Part shown: piece by piece, positions 28,864 to 38,794 of the stretch
How positions within the stretch are numbered: position 1 is the first letter of the stretch
Layout: each line of letters begins with the position of its first letter
From: Planctomycetota bacterium
GTDB taxonomy: Bacteria > Planctomycetota > JAJSAM01 > JAJVHW01
Assembly: GCA_965248445.1 (NCBI GenBank)
Contig: CBDFJG010000001.1
Coordinates: 407,979 to 471,978, forward strand
Direction of reading: 5' to 3'
DNA: 64,000 nucleotides
Program-made: the position numbers and the translations under genes
The notes under the pieces: model-generated
The model's input: only the letters and a program-made list of their open reading frames with translations
What the model was told of the DNA's origin: nothing
Databases searched by the model: none

Positions 28864-30684
28864 TCACTCCAGCGAGCGCAGGAACCCGCGCACACGGTCG
28901 GCCCCAACGCCATCGGGCGTGATTTCGAGCGCCCTCTCGTACGCGCGGCGCGCCTGTTCCCGGTCGCCCTCCGCCTGGAGTGCGCGGCCCACCTGTGCGA
29001 AGAAGCGGAAACTCTCGCCCTCGTCGAGTTCCATTCCGGCGCGGTCCGCAGCGTGCATCGCCGCGGCCGCCTCACCCGGACGGCGGAGCCGCAGGAGAGA
29101 CCAGGCGCGGTTGTAGTGCCCCTCCCCCGAGTCCGGACGGATGGCGAGAGCCTCGTTCGCGTACGCGAGCGCGTCTTCGTGACGCCCCAGTGCAATGGCG
29201 ACATTGGACGCATTCACAAGAGGGACCGACGCGACGTGGTACTGCGGAGGCCACGGATCGATCTGGCGTTTCCATCCTTCAATTGCGGCGTCGAGGTGCC
29301 ACAGAGCGCCGTTGAACGCTACGACGGACATGTGGCGCCATGCCTCGGCCTCCGCCGCGTCGTCCGCTTCGCGGGCGCGTCTGCGCAGCGCCCAGCCGCG
29401 TTCCCGTTGCTGATTGCCCGCCCACGTGTGGGCGCGCACGCTGTCGTGCTGCTCGAGCGTCTCGGTGTAGATCGTCGCGTCGTCCCGCCAGTCCGGCACG
29501 CGCTGGGCGGCGATCGCCCCCATGGCGAGCGCCGCCATCCAGACGGCCGCGAGCGCCGCGCGGCTGCCCACTCTCGCGACGCCGGCGCCGACGAGGAGGA
29601 CGAGGCCCACCAGCGGCACGTAGAGGAAGCGCTCCGTCGTCGGGATGCCGAGATCGAACGGCCAGTTCGCGACCGGCAGGAGCGCCCCGTAGAACAGCAG
29701 CACGCCCGCGAGCGGCACACAGCGGCCGCGACGGTAGAGCACGGCCGCACCCGCCACGACTCCGAGGTGCACAGCCAACCACGCCAGTGCCACGGGATCG
29801 GCGAGCGTCCGGCTGACGGGCAAGTACCAGTCGTAGGCGGGAGCGACCGGAAGGGCGGCAAACGTCAGGTACGCGCCGAACCCCTTGAACATCGTCGCGA
29901 ACACACCCGCGACGCCACCGCCGATGCGGTACCCGACGTGACTGTCCGCTCCCTCGATCAGCCCGAAGCGGTAGACGGCGTAGAGCACAGCGACGGCCAC
30001 GTACGGCAGCGCGGCCCGCGCTGCCGAAGCAAGCGGCCGACGCCCGTCGCGCGGCCGAACCAGCAGGACGGCGAACACCAGGAGCGGCAGCACGATCGCC
30101 GTCTCCTTCCAGAGCATGGCGAGCACCGCGCCAGCGAGCGCAAACGCCAGCCAGCGGTCGCGGCCGTTCGAACGCAGCGCGCAATAGAGCGTCGCGGCCG
30201 CGAACGCCCCCATGGCGACGTCTGCGCGGAACCCGATCGCGGCGACCGGCTCGACGTGCATCGGATGCAGCGCCCACACCGCCGCTCCGGCAAGCGCGGC
30301 ACGCGCATCGCCGAGCAGCCGTCGGAGGAGACTCAGCACCAGCACGCAAGCGAGTGCGTGCCAGACGACCGAGTGCCAGTGGAAGATCGCGGCCCCTGCG
30401 CCGAGCGCCCGGTCGAAGCGATACTCGAGAGTCCGCAGGGGGCGCACGATGCCGCCGTCGTCCCGGGCATCCACGGTCATGGGATCGACGAACGCCCGCC
30501 ACCACTCGCCCTCTCCGCTGACGAACGGGTTCTCGAGGATGAAACGGCTGTCATCGACCGCGAAGCCATTGGTGGCGGCGCCGTATCCGTAGACCGCGAC
30601 GACGAGCGCGGTGAGAAGGAGAGCCCCGGCGGCCGGGTGACCCAGAGCGCTTGCGGCCGTCGTGGGCACGACGTCGTCGCTCAC
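28864..30684 (-). CDS. polytopic GT-C/PMT-like glycosyltransferase-fold membrane protein with C-terminal TPR repeats
   Basis: About 11 TM helices followed by TPR-like repeats (YNRAWSLLRLRRPGEA...). Confidence 0.5.
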   Translation of the reverse strand: MSDDVVPTTAASALGHPAAGALLLTALVVAVYGYGAATNGFAVDDSRFILENPFVSGEGEWWRAFVDPMTVDARDDGGIVRPLRTLEYRFDRALGAGAAIFHWHSVVWHALACVLVLSLLRRLLGDARAALAGAAVWALHPMHVEPVAAIGFRADVAMGAFAAATLYCALRSNGRDRWLAFALAGAVLAMLWKETAIVLPLLVFAVLLVRPRDGRRPLASAARAALPYVAVAVLYAVYRFGLIEGADSHVGYRIGGGVAGVFATMFKGFGAYLTFAALPVAPAYDWYLPVSRTLADPVALAWLAVHLGVVAGAAVLYRRGRCVPLAGVLLFYGALLPVANWPFDLGIPTTERFLYVPLVGLVLLVGAGVARVGSRAALAAVWMAALAMGAIAAQRVPDWRDDATIYTETLEQHDSVRAHTWAGNQQRERGWALRRRAREADDAAEAEAWRHMSVVAFNGALWHLDAAIEGWKRQIDPWPPQYHVASVPLVNASNVAIALGRHEDALAYANEALAIRPDSGEGHYNRAWSLLRLRRPGEAAAAMHAADRAGMELDEGESFRFFAQVGRALQAEGDREQARRAYERALEITPDGVGADRVRGFLRSLE

Positions 30685-31496
30685 GCGTCCGATTCAGTTC
30701 CGGTCAGGTGTTCGCGCATACGTTCAGCCAGCCACGAGGGGCGCTCGACGGCGACGGTGTGACCGCAGCGCTCTACCTCGAGGAAGTGCGTGTCCGGGAG
30801 CAGGTCCACGAGTTCGTCGTTCAAGAAACGCGGCACGAGCGGGTCGTCCACTCCGCGAATCACGAGAGCAGCGGCGCGTACAGACTTCAGCTCTTCCCCG
30901 AAGTCGCCACCCGGGAGAAGCGTGTCGAGCAGCATGCGCCGCATGCTCTCCGGATCGTTCCGCCGCCGGAACGCGCGCAGCATCTGCTCGCGCATCTGCT
31001 CGTTCTCGCGCAGCCATTCTTCCCCCACCACGTCCGGGGTGACGACCTGGAACAGGAGGTCCTGACCCCCCGCGTCCAGCGCGTCGAGCCAGCCCTGCAC
31101 GATCCAGCGCCGCAGCGCGGTCTCGCGGTGGGCACAGCCGATGAGGACCAGCCGCCGCACGCGCTCGGGCGCCGCGAGAACAACCCGGAGCGCCACACGC
31201 GATCCGAACGAGAAGCCGACGAGATCAACCTGATCCAGTTCGAGCGTGTCGAGCAGGTGGAGCAGGTCGCGACCGTGGTCAGCGGTGCGGGAGCCCTCCG
31301 GTGGCGGATCGCTCTTGCCCTGGCCGGACGCGTCGTACAGCAGGACGTCACGAACTCCGCGCAGCCGCTTCACCTGCAGGCCCCACGCGATGGTGGTCTG
31401 CGAGAGTCCGTTCAGGAACACGACCACCGGGCCGCCCCCCTGGCGGCGCAGCTCGTAGCGGAGCCGGCGGCCGTCGGGAAGTGCGTGGACCTTCAT
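30681..31496 (-). CDS. alpha/beta hydrolase
   Basis: GFSFGS nucleophile elbow. ATGA overlap with the upstream gene. Confidence 0.7.
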   Translation of the reverse strand: MKVHALPDGRRLRYELRRQGGGPVVVFLNGLSQTTIAWGLQVKRLRGVRDVLLYDASGQGKSDPPPEGSRTADHGRDLLHLLDTLELDQVDLVGFSFGSRVALRVVLAAPERVRRLVLIGCAHRETALRRWIVQGWLDALDAGGQDLLFQVVTPDVVGEEWLRENEQMREQMLRAFRRRNDPESMRRMLLDTLLPGGDFGEELKSVRAAALVIRGVDDPLVPRFLNDELVDLLPDTHFLEVERCGHTVAVERPSWLAERMREHLTGTESDA

Positions 31497-31574
31497 CGCG
31501 TTCAGAGAATCGCACGATTCCCGCCGCGGGCCGAACGATGTAGGCTCTCGGGACGAACACCCCGGAGGTCACCA

Positions 31575-31658
31575 TGCCGAGCTGGCTCATCTTCGCAATC
31601 GGCGCCGTCGCGGGACTGGTGCTCATCACCATCCTCAAGGGCGGAGGCGGCGGCTGAG
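31575..31658 (+). CDS. 27-aa hydrophobic micro-peptide (MPSWLIFAIGAVAGLVLITILKGGGGG), not in ORF track
   Basis: GGAGG RBS 5 nt upstream of the ATG. Single TM-like helix. Followed by a bidirectional hairpin. Confidence 0.3.
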
Positions 31659-31659
31659 G

Positions 31660-31697
31660 CTAGCCCTCACGCCGTCCGTCGGACGGCAGCTAGCCCT
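31660..31697. terminator. nested palindrome between convergent genes (gctag...gccgtc-cgtcg-gacggc...ctagc)
   Basis: Inner 6-bp stem and outer 5-bp stem sit between the end of the micro-ORF and the topA stop. Confidence 0.35.
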
Positions 31698-34344
31698 TCT
31701 TCGCGCTCTTCTTCGTGCTCTTCGTGGCGGTCTTCTTCGCCGCCTTCTTGCGCGTTGTCTTCTTGCGGGTCGTCTTCTTGGTGCCCTTGCGTCCGCCACC
31801 CGAGGCGACGCGCTTCTCGATGAGGTCGACGGCCTCCTCGACGGTCAACGCCGCGGGGTCCGCGTAGTCCCTCGGCAGCGATGCGTTGATCTCGCCGTCG
31901 GTGACGTAAGGACCGTACCGGCCCTTCAGGAGTCGGATGTCGGCGCCACCTCGCGCTTCGACCTTCTCGAACGTCTTGATCGGTTCGACCGTCCGCCGAG
32001 TGCGCTTCTCTTTCGCGAACAGCTCGAGCGCTCGAGGCAGTCCGACCGTCAGCACGCCGTCCGTCGCTTCGAGGCTGCGGTACTCCTTCTCGCGCTTCAC
32101 GAAGGGGCCGTAGCGCCCGACACCGGCCTCGATCACGCGGCCCTCGGCATCCACGCCCAACGGCCGCGGCAGCGAAAGCAGTTCCAGCGCGACGTCGAGT
32201 GTGACGGAGTCCGGCGCCATGCCCTTGAGCAACGAGACCATCTTGGGCTTCTCTTCGGACTCGTCCTTTGTGCCGAGCTGGACATACGGTCCGAAGCGCC
32301 CGTTCTTCACGAAGACCGGCTTGCCGTTCTCCGGGTGCTCGCCGATGGGCGTGTCGCCCTTGCGCACCGTCTCGAGCATCTCGATCGCCTTGTCGAGCGA
32401 GAGCTCGTCGGGCGGCGTCTTTTCGGGAACGCGCGCGGTGTCATCACCGCGTGAGATGAACGGACCGTACCGCCCGACACGAATCGCGACCGGCGTGCCG
32501 TCCGCGTCGACCCCGAGGGGGATCGTGCAGACCGTGCGCGGATCGATCTCCTCCGCCTTCGTGTCGAGCGTGTTGCGGAGTCCGCGCTCGCCACGATAGA
32601 AGTCGTTCAGGTAGGCCAGCGTCTGTTCCTCGCCCCGCGCGATCGCGTCCAGGCGATCTTCCATGCGCGCAGTGAAGTCGAGATCGATGAGCGCGGTCAG
32701 GTGCTCGCGCATCAGGCGGACGACGGCGAACGCCGTGAACGTCGGGACCAGGGCGTTGCCCTTCTTGAACGTGTACTCGCGCCGCTGGATCGTGTCGATG
32801 ATCGACGCGTAGGTGCTCGGACGGCCGATGCCCGACTCCTCGAGCAGCTTGACGAGCGTGGCCTCGGTGAGGCGGGCCGGCGGCGACGTCGTGTGGGACT
32901 CGGACTCGAGCCCGCCGAGTGTCAGCGGGTCGCCCTCCGCGAGCGCCGGGAGCAGGACGTCCTTGTCGGCCAGCGCGGCCTCGGGGTCATCGGATCCCTC
33001 GACGTATGCCCGCAGGAAGCCCGGGCGGTCGATCACCGTGCCGCCTGCGTGGAACACGGCGAGCTTGCCGTTCGCACTGCCGCCGACGCGAAGAACCATG
33101 CGCCGACCGACGGCGTCCCGCATCTGGCACGCCATCGTGCGTTTCCAGATGAGCTCGTAGAGGCGCGCCTCGTCATCGCCGAGCTTCGCACGCACGTCGC
33201 TGACCGTGCGAACGTGCGAGCCGGCCGGGCGGATGGCCTCGTGGGCCTCCTGCGCGTTCTTGACCTTGTTCTTGTACTGGCGCGGGTTCGGCGGCAGTTC
33301 GTCCTCGCCGTAGGTCTTCGCGATCGCCTGGCGGGTCATCCGGATCGCGTCGCCGGAGAGCGCGACCGAGTCCGTTCGCATGTAGGTGATGTAGCCGTTC
33401 TCGTACAGCTTCTGCGCCGCACGCATCGTTCGGCGAGCGTCGAAGCGCAGCTTGCGGTTGCCCTCCTGCTGCAGCGTCGAGGTCGTGAACGGCGCGGCAG
33501 GCCGGCGGACGTAGGGCTTTTCCTGTGCGTCGGTCACGGAGAACGACGCGGAGCCGAGCGCGTCGGCGAGACCGCGTGCGTCGTCCCCGCCGAGCAGGGC
33601 TACCTTCGCGTTCTTCAGCTTGCCCGTGTCGGCGTCGAAGTCCTTCCCCGTCGCGATGCGCGCGCCGTCGAGTTCGATCAGGCGAGCCTGGAATGCCGCG
33701 CCGTCCTTCGTCTTGAAACTGGCGAGCAGATCCCAGTAAGTCGCTTCGTGGAAACGCATGCGCGCCTGCTCGCGCTCGACGATCACTCGGGTGGCGACGC
33801 TCTGCACGCGGCCGGCGGACAAGCGCGGCGCGATCTTGCGCCAGAGGATCGGCGAGACCTCGTAGCCGTACAGGCGGTCGATGATGCGCCGTGTCTCCTG
33901 CGCCTCGACGAGGTTCTTGTCGATCTCGCGGGTCTCGCCGACGGCCCTCTCGATGGCCTGGCGGGTGATCTCGTGGAACACCATGCGGTGGACCGGGACC
34001 TTGGGAGCGAGCAGCTGCACGATGTGCCAGCTGATCGCCTCGCCCTCGCGGTCCTCATCGGTCGCGAGGTAGATCGAGTCGACCGTTTTCGCCAGTTTCC
34101 GGAGCGCCGCGATGCGGTCCTTCTTGTCTGGCTGAATGACGTAGAGCGGCTTGAAATCGTCGTCGACGTTCACGCCGAGCCTGGCCCACTTCTCCTTCTT
34201 GTACTTCGCCGGTATCTGCGCAGCGTTGCCGGGCAGGTCCCGCACGTGACCCACGGTCGCTTCCACGATGTAGTCGTCGCCCAGGAAACGGCGCAGGGTG
34301 CGCGCCTTGGTCGGCGACTCGACGATGACGAGGTGCTTGGCCAT
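31690..34344 (-). CDS. topA: DNA topoisomerase I
   Basis: Toprim and catalytic domains, C-terminal GRYGP repeats, and a lysine-rich tail. ATG at 34344. Confidence 0.9.
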   Translation of the reverse strand: MAKHLVIVESPTKARTLRRFLGDDYIVEATVGHVRDLPGNAAQIPAKYKKEKWARLGVNVDDDFKPLYVIQPDKKDRIAALRKLAKTVDSIYLATDEDREGEAISWHIVQLLAPKVPVHRMVFHEITRQAIERAVGETREIDKNLVEAQETRRIIDRLYGYEVSPILWRKIAPRLSAGRVQSVATRVIVEREQARMRFHEATYWDLLASFKTKDGAAFQARLIELDGARIATGKDFDADTGKLKNAKVALLGGDDARGLADALGSASFSVTDAQEKPYVRRPAAPFTTSTLQQEGNRKLRFDARRTMRAAQKLYENGYITYMRTDSVALSGDAIRMTRQAIAKTYGEDELPPNPRQYKNKVKNAQEAHEAIRPAGSHVRTVSDVRAKLGDDEARLYELIWKRTMACQMRDAVGRRMVLRVGGSANGKLAVFHAGGTVIDRPGFLRAYVEGSDDPEAALADKDVLLPALAEGDPLTLGGLESESHTTSPPARLTEATLVKLLEESGIGRPSTYASIIDTIQRREYTFKKGNALVPTFTAFAVVRLMREHLTALIDLDFTARMEDRLDAIARGEEQTLAYLNDFYRGERGLRNTLDTKAEEIDPRTVCTIPLGVDADGTPVAIRVGRYGPFISRGDDTARVPEKTPPDELSLDKAIEMLETVRKGDTPIGEHPENGKPVFVKNGRFGPYVQLGTKDESEEKPKMVSLLKGMAPDSVTLDVALELLSLPRPLGVDAEGRVIEAGVGRYGPFVKREKEYRSLEATDGVLTVGLPRALELFAKEKRTRRTVEPIKTFEKVEARGGADIRLLKGRYGPYVTDGEINASLPRDYADPAALTVEEAVDLIEKRVASGGGRKGTKKTTRKKTTRKKAAKKTATKSTKKSAKKG

Positions 34345-34515
34345 CTGTGGTGCGGGATTCTCCGGTTCGGCGGGCGTTCGTGGACTCGCGGCGCACGCCT
34401 CCATGGGTGGCGCGAGCGGAAAGGGTTACCCGAGATTCGCGGGTCGGACCATGATCTTCCCGGGCGGCAACACCGCTCGCCCCGCGTGCTCCGTAGGAGC
34501 AGAGGAGTCGAGAAA

Positions 34516-34752
34516 GTGGCAGTTGACGAGTTTCTCCTCGGACTTCTGGCCTGCCCCGAGTCACGGGCGCCGCTCGTGCTGGTCGAGGACGGCGAGGCGA
34601 CATGGCTAGTCTCGACCGACGCTGCCACGCGGCGGCGGTACGCCGTGCGCGACGGCATCCCGATCCTGCTGATCGACGAGTCCGAGCAACTGGACGAAGA
34701 GACCTGGCGCGCCCAAGTGGCGGCCGGTCGCGCAGCCTCAGGCGCAGCGTAG
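34516..34752 (+). CDS. Trm112/UPF0434 family small protein
   Basis: GTG start with an AGGAG RBS. LLACP...RDGIPILLIDE motif. Confidence 0.6.
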   Translation: MAVDEFLLGLLACPESRAPLVLVEDGEATWLVSTDAATRRRYAVRDGIPILLIDESEQLDEETWRAQVAAGRAASGAA

Positions 34753-34761
34753 GGAGAGATC

Positions 34762-35433
34762 GTGCAGGCCTATAAGGGTGAGTTCATCGAGTTCATGGTG
34801 CGTGCCGGGGTCCTTCTCTTCGGGGACTTCGTCACGAAGAGTGGCCGGCGGACCCCGTACTTCGTCAACACGGGCAAGTACCGCACCGGCGAGCAGCTTC
34901 GGGCGCTCGGCGGTTACTACGCCGAGTCGATGATCGAGCACTTCGGTGACGGCTTCGACGTCCTGTTCGGGCCCGCCTACAAGGGCATCCCGCTCGTGAC
35001 CGCCGCTGCGCTGGCCTTGGCGGATCGCGGCCGCGACGTGGCGTACTGCTTCGATCGCAAGGAGCGCAAGGCCCACGGAGAGGGTGGCGTGATCGTCGGC
35101 CACCAGCCCGCGGACGGCGACCGCGTGCTGATCGTCGAGGACGTCACGACGGCAGGCACGTCGATCCGCGACACGGTCCCCAAGCTCCGCGCCGCCGCGG
35201 ACATCTCGCTCGCGGGACTCATCATCTCCGTGGACCGCCGGGAGCGCGGCCCCACCGGCCGCGGGGCTCTCGAGCAACTGGCCGACGAGTTCGACATGCG
35301 CTGCCACGCCATCGTGACCATCCATGAGGTCATCGAGCACCTGCACGGCCGAGAAGTCGACGGCACGGTCCACATCGACGACGAGGCTCGTGAGCGGATC
35401 GCGGGCTACCTCTCCGAGTACGGCGTCGACTGA
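34762..35433 (+). CDS. pyrE: orotate phosphoribosyltransferase
   Basis: GTG start. PRPP-binding motif VLIVEDVTTAGTS. Confidence 0.85.
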   Translation: MQAYKGEFIEFMVRAGVLLFGDFVTKSGRRTPYFVNTGKYRTGEQLRALGGYYAESMIEHFGDGFDVLFGPAYKGIPLVTAAALALADRGRDVAYCFDRKERKAHGEGGVIVGHQPADGDRVLIVEDVTTAGTSIRDTVPKLRAAADISLAGLIISVDRRERGPTGRGALEQLADEFDMRCHAIVTIHEVIEHLHGREVDGTVHIDDEARERIAGYLSEYGVD

Positions 35434-35446
35434 CGCCGCGAAGCGT

Positions 35447-38047
35447 TCATCGCCGCAGATGGTCGAGGATCTCTCGGACGGCCTCGCGGAGCGTCAGGGG
35501 CTGCGCCCCACGGCGGCGGTTCTCCGCAGCGATCCGGAACGCGATGCGCCACTGCTCGAAGAGCACCCGATACGCCTCGACCAGGCCGTGCCTCGGGTCG
35601 TAGATGTGCGCCGCCTCGGAGGTGAGGCCGTTGAGTTCGAGGATGCGGAACCCCTCTCCGCGGCGAAACACGTCGAGATCGGTCGCCCGAACGTCGTACC
35701 GGCCGAAGTAGAAGCCGCCGAACGCGCGGCTGATGCGGTCGAACGCGTCCTCGAGCGCCGGAGTGCGGAACGCCTCCCCGTCCAGGAACACAGCGCCCAG
35801 GGAATGCGTGCCGATCTCCGCGATCGGCGCCTCCGCACCCACCGCGGGCACGGTGCGCAGTCGCGAGGCGTTCGTGCGGAGGTACACCGGCGCCATCCGC
35901 ACGGCACGGGCGTCGTCGAGAATCAGCCGTTCCAGCGTGCGGACGCCGTCGCCCGTGAGCGTCGGGAGCCGCTTCTCCGCGATCGAGAACACGCACCCGC
36001 GCTCCTCGCCGGGAATGCGGTAGTAGAAGACACCGAACTCGTGCCCATCGGCGTACTCCTGCACGATCGTGTCCCGCGTCGCGGCGGCGAGGTACGTACC
36101 GAGTTGCGCGTCGTCCCGGACGATGCTGACGCCCTCGCCGCGCTCTCCGACATCCGGTTTCAACACGACGGGGTACGAGAGTTCGTGGTCACGCAGAAAC
36201 GCGTTCGCCGCGGCGACGCGCTCAGCTGCGCCGAGGTTCGCGCCGACCGTCCGCAGCGCGGGCACCGGAGCCCCACTGGCGCGGAGGGCCTCCAGAATCT
36301 CGCTCTTCGACTCGCCGACGAGACCACCGCCTCGGATCGCCGGGTTCACGGCCGTCACGAGTGAGAGGCTGCGGTGCCGCAGCGCCAGCCACACGACGTA
36401 CGCCGTGACGGGGGCGTAGAAGACCCAGCGTGGCCAGAACTCGAAGTGACGAACGCGCCCGAACGAGCCAACGAGGAGACGCCGACCACGGTGGCTCAGC
36501 AGCTTCAGGCCGACGCGCTCGACGAAGAAGATCGCGGCGATGAGGATCAGCGCGGCGGGCAGCCCCCACCTGCCCAGTTGCTCGAGAGAGTCGTACGCTC
36601 GGGTGCCGACCAACGCGGAGAATCCCACGATGATGGGTGTCCAGATCGCGCAGGCGAGTGCGAAGTAGAGAGTGCACACCGCCAGGTTCGTGCGCAGGAC
36701 GCCGGCCGCGACGTAGGTCGGCAGGCGTAATCCGGGGACGAAGCGAGAGACGAAGATCGCACGAGCGCTGCGCGCGCCGAACCACGCAGCGGCCGCGTCG
36801 ACACGGTCCCGTGGGATGAACCAGCGCAGCGGAGCGCGAGAGAGAACCGGACGACCCAGCCAGCGTCCAGCGACGTACAGCGCGAGGTCGCTCAGGAAGT
36901 TGCCCAGCCAGCACGCGAGGATCGCTGCGACGAAGTCCATCCGACCCTGTGCGACCAGCAGGCCGGCACCGATGCAGGTCAGATCCTCCGAGACGAACGC
37001 CGACGCGATCAGGAGTCCCATCAGAACGAGCAGAGCGAGGCCCGAGAGCGGCGCGACGTCGTCGATGGCGAACGGCGTGGCCGCCGCCGCGACGCGCTCC
37101 GGAGCGGCCCCGGCGCGGCCAGACACCCGCCCGAGTTCGACCCGATCGAGGAAGCCGCCGACGACATCTGCGACCTCGTCCGTGCGGCTGAAGAGGACGA
37201 GATGCCCCTCCGGCAGCCATTGCAGTTCGCTCTGCGCAACGATCCGGTGGTGCTCGATTGCGACCTCCGGAGGGACGAGCGCATCCTCCCGTCCGTGCAC
37301 GATGAGCATCGGGCCGGCATGGCGCTCGAGCATGGCGCGCAGCGGGCGCTGATCGGTGTCGAAGAAGTTCCGCGCATACGGCACGCCGAACGCCGCGTCG
37401 TCGAACGCGCCGAAGTGCGGAAACCCCCAGTCGATCGCGCGAATCATCGCGAGCTGCATGCCGTGCACCACGTGGTTCATGCGGTACGAGCCGAACAGCT
37501 CGAGCTCTTGGACGCCGATAGCAGAGATCATGGAGACGGAACGGATTCGGTCGGGCGCCCGGTCCGCCGCGCGGACCGCCGCGCCGCCCGCCATGCTGAA
37601 CGCCACGAGGTGGGCACTCTCGCGTCCCAGTTCGTCGAGCAGCTGCTGGACGTACAGGGAGTGGGCGTCGGTCGAGTAGTCCGGCACGTGCCGTTCGGAG
37701 TGCATGAAGCCGGGTAGGTCCGGCACGAAGACGTCGTATCGCTCGCCGAGACGAGCGCCCATCGCGCCGAAGTCCTGGATGCTGCCCGGGCTGCCGTGGA
37801 GCAGCACCACGGCCGGAGCATCCGGCCGTCCACCGGGCGGGAAGCGCCGATAGACGACGCGGACGGACTGCGCAGTGAGTTCACCGCCGTCCACTGCACG
37901 CAGATGCGCCACTTGCTGACCCGGAAGAAGAGGCCTCTTGTCGCTCCGGGCCGCCGCCACGAGGTGCGAGACCACCAGAACGAGCACGTAGGCGATCAAG
38001 AGACGGACTGGCCAGCGTCTACGCGGCCGGGCGATCTCCGCGTCCAT
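35447..38047 (-). CDS. tripartite fusion: alpha/beta hydrolase + DedA/SNARE-associated membrane domain + ATP-grasp ligase
   Basis: 866 aa. N-terminal hydrolase with an FSMAGG nucleophile. Central DedA-like polytopic segment. C-terminal ATP-grasp (YPVVLKPDVGERGEGVSIV ... EFGVFYY). Confidence 0.65.
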   Translation of the reverse strand: MDAEIARPRRRWPVRLLIAYVLVLVVSHLVAAARSDKRPLLPGQQVAHLRAVDGGELTAQSVRVVYRRFPPGGRPDAPAVVLLHGSPGSIQDFGAMGARLGERYDVFVPDLPGFMHSERHVPDYSTDAHSLYVQQLLDELGRESAHLVAFSMAGGAAVRAADRAPDRIRSVSMISAIGVQELELFGSYRMNHVVHGMQLAMIRAIDWGFPHFGAFDDAAFGVPYARNFFDTDQRPLRAMLERHAGPMLIVHGREDALVPPEVAIEHHRIVAQSELQWLPEGHLVLFSRTDEVADVVGGFLDRVELGRVSGRAGAAPERVAAAATPFAIDDVAPLSGLALLVLMGLLIASAFVSEDLTCIGAGLLVAQGRMDFVAAILACWLGNFLSDLALYVAGRWLGRPVLSRAPLRWFIPRDRVDAAAAWFGARSARAIFVSRFVPGLRLPTYVAAGVLRTNLAVCTLYFALACAIWTPIIVGFSALVGTRAYDSLEQLGRWGLPAALILIAAIFFVERVGLKLLSHRGRRLLVGSFGRVRHFEFWPRWVFYAPVTAYVVWLALRHRSLSLVTAVNPAIRGGGLVGESKSEILEALRASGAPVPALRTVGANLGAAERVAAANAFLRDHELSYPVVLKPDVGERGEGVSIVRDDAQLGTYLAAATRDTIVQEYADGHEFGVFYYRIPGEERGCVFSIAEKRLPTLTGDGVRTLERLILDDARAVRMAPVYLRTNASRLRTVPAVGAEAPIAEIGTHSLGAVFLDGEAFRTPALEDAFDRISRAFGGFYFGRYDVRATDLDVFRRGEGFRILELNGLTSEAAHIYDPRHGLVEAYRVLFEQWRIAFRIAAENRRRGAQPLTLREAVREILDHLRR

Positions 38048-38059
38048 GAAGGCTTCCCC

Positions 38060-38794
38060 TCACCGGGGCGCCGCGCGCACAACGCGACGCGGGAGGCTCA
38101 GTACGGGGCCGGCGGGGGTCCGGCACGGCGGGCCCGGTGTGTGGCGCAGCTCCACCGTGACCGGCCCGACGTCGATGCGCGTCATGCTGCGCGTTGCGGC
38201 GTCCTCGCGATGCATGCACGGCGAGTACGGTCCGCGACCACCGGCGTGGCCGCGGTGGAACGCCTCCACGTGGTCGGGGGTTCGTTCAGCGAGTTCCCGG
38301 AACGCGGCGCTTCGGCGGACACGCACATCGCTCTGGCTGAACGCTGAGGAGATGAGTGGGACACGCCGGTCGGCGCGGCGGTCCTCGAGCCGTGACTGCC
38401 CGTCCCACTCGACGACGAGCGCTTGCGCGGCGGGAGTGAGCGCCGCGAGCACGAACGGGCGGTATGCGCTCAGGTCGGCCGCGGAGAGTCGTGTTGAGAC
38501 CGCCTCCACCGAAGACGCGTCCGCCAGTGACGATACGAGCAGCCCGCGACTCGTGAACTCATGCTCCGCGTGATTGGGCCGGCCGTATCCGTTCAGGATG
38601 CACACCGTCAGTCCCAGCTCGTTCGTGGCAATCCACGTCCCGCCGAAGTCCGCGTCCTGCGGGGCCAGAATGCGGACACCGCGAGACTCGTGAACAGAAG
38701 GCCCGATCTCCGGGCCGCGCGTCCGCCGTTCATCCCGGTTGAAGAAGAGGTGGTACCCCGCGTCACGTGCGGGCAGCCAGCTCACGGTGCACAT
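38060..38794 (-). CDS. NRDE-family (DUF833/TANGO2-like) protein
   Basis: MCTVSW N-terminus and an FFNRDE motif. Confidence 0.65.
   Translation of the reverse strand: MCTVSWLPARDAGYHLFFNRDERRTRGPEIGPSVHESRGVRILAPQDADFGGTWIATNELGLTVCILNGYGRPNHAEHEFTSRGLLVSSLADASSVEAVSTRLSAADLSAYRPFVLAALTPAAQALVVEWDGQSRLEDRRADRRVPLISSAFSQSDVRVRRSAAFRELAERTPDHVEAFHRGHAGGRGPYSPCMHREDAATRSMTRIDVGPVTVELRHTPGPPCRTPAGPVLSLPRRVVRAAPR

Noticed and set aside
34405-34515. Possible tRNA or ncRNA in the topA/Trm112 intergenic gap
   Set aside because: No cloverleaf-compatible acceptor and T-arm (GTTC...A) pattern.
32701-34752. 683-aa plus-strand ORF overlapping topA
   Set aside because: Antisense to topoisomerase I. Only its last ~78 codons (34516..34752) correspond to a real Trm112-like gene, which I called separately.
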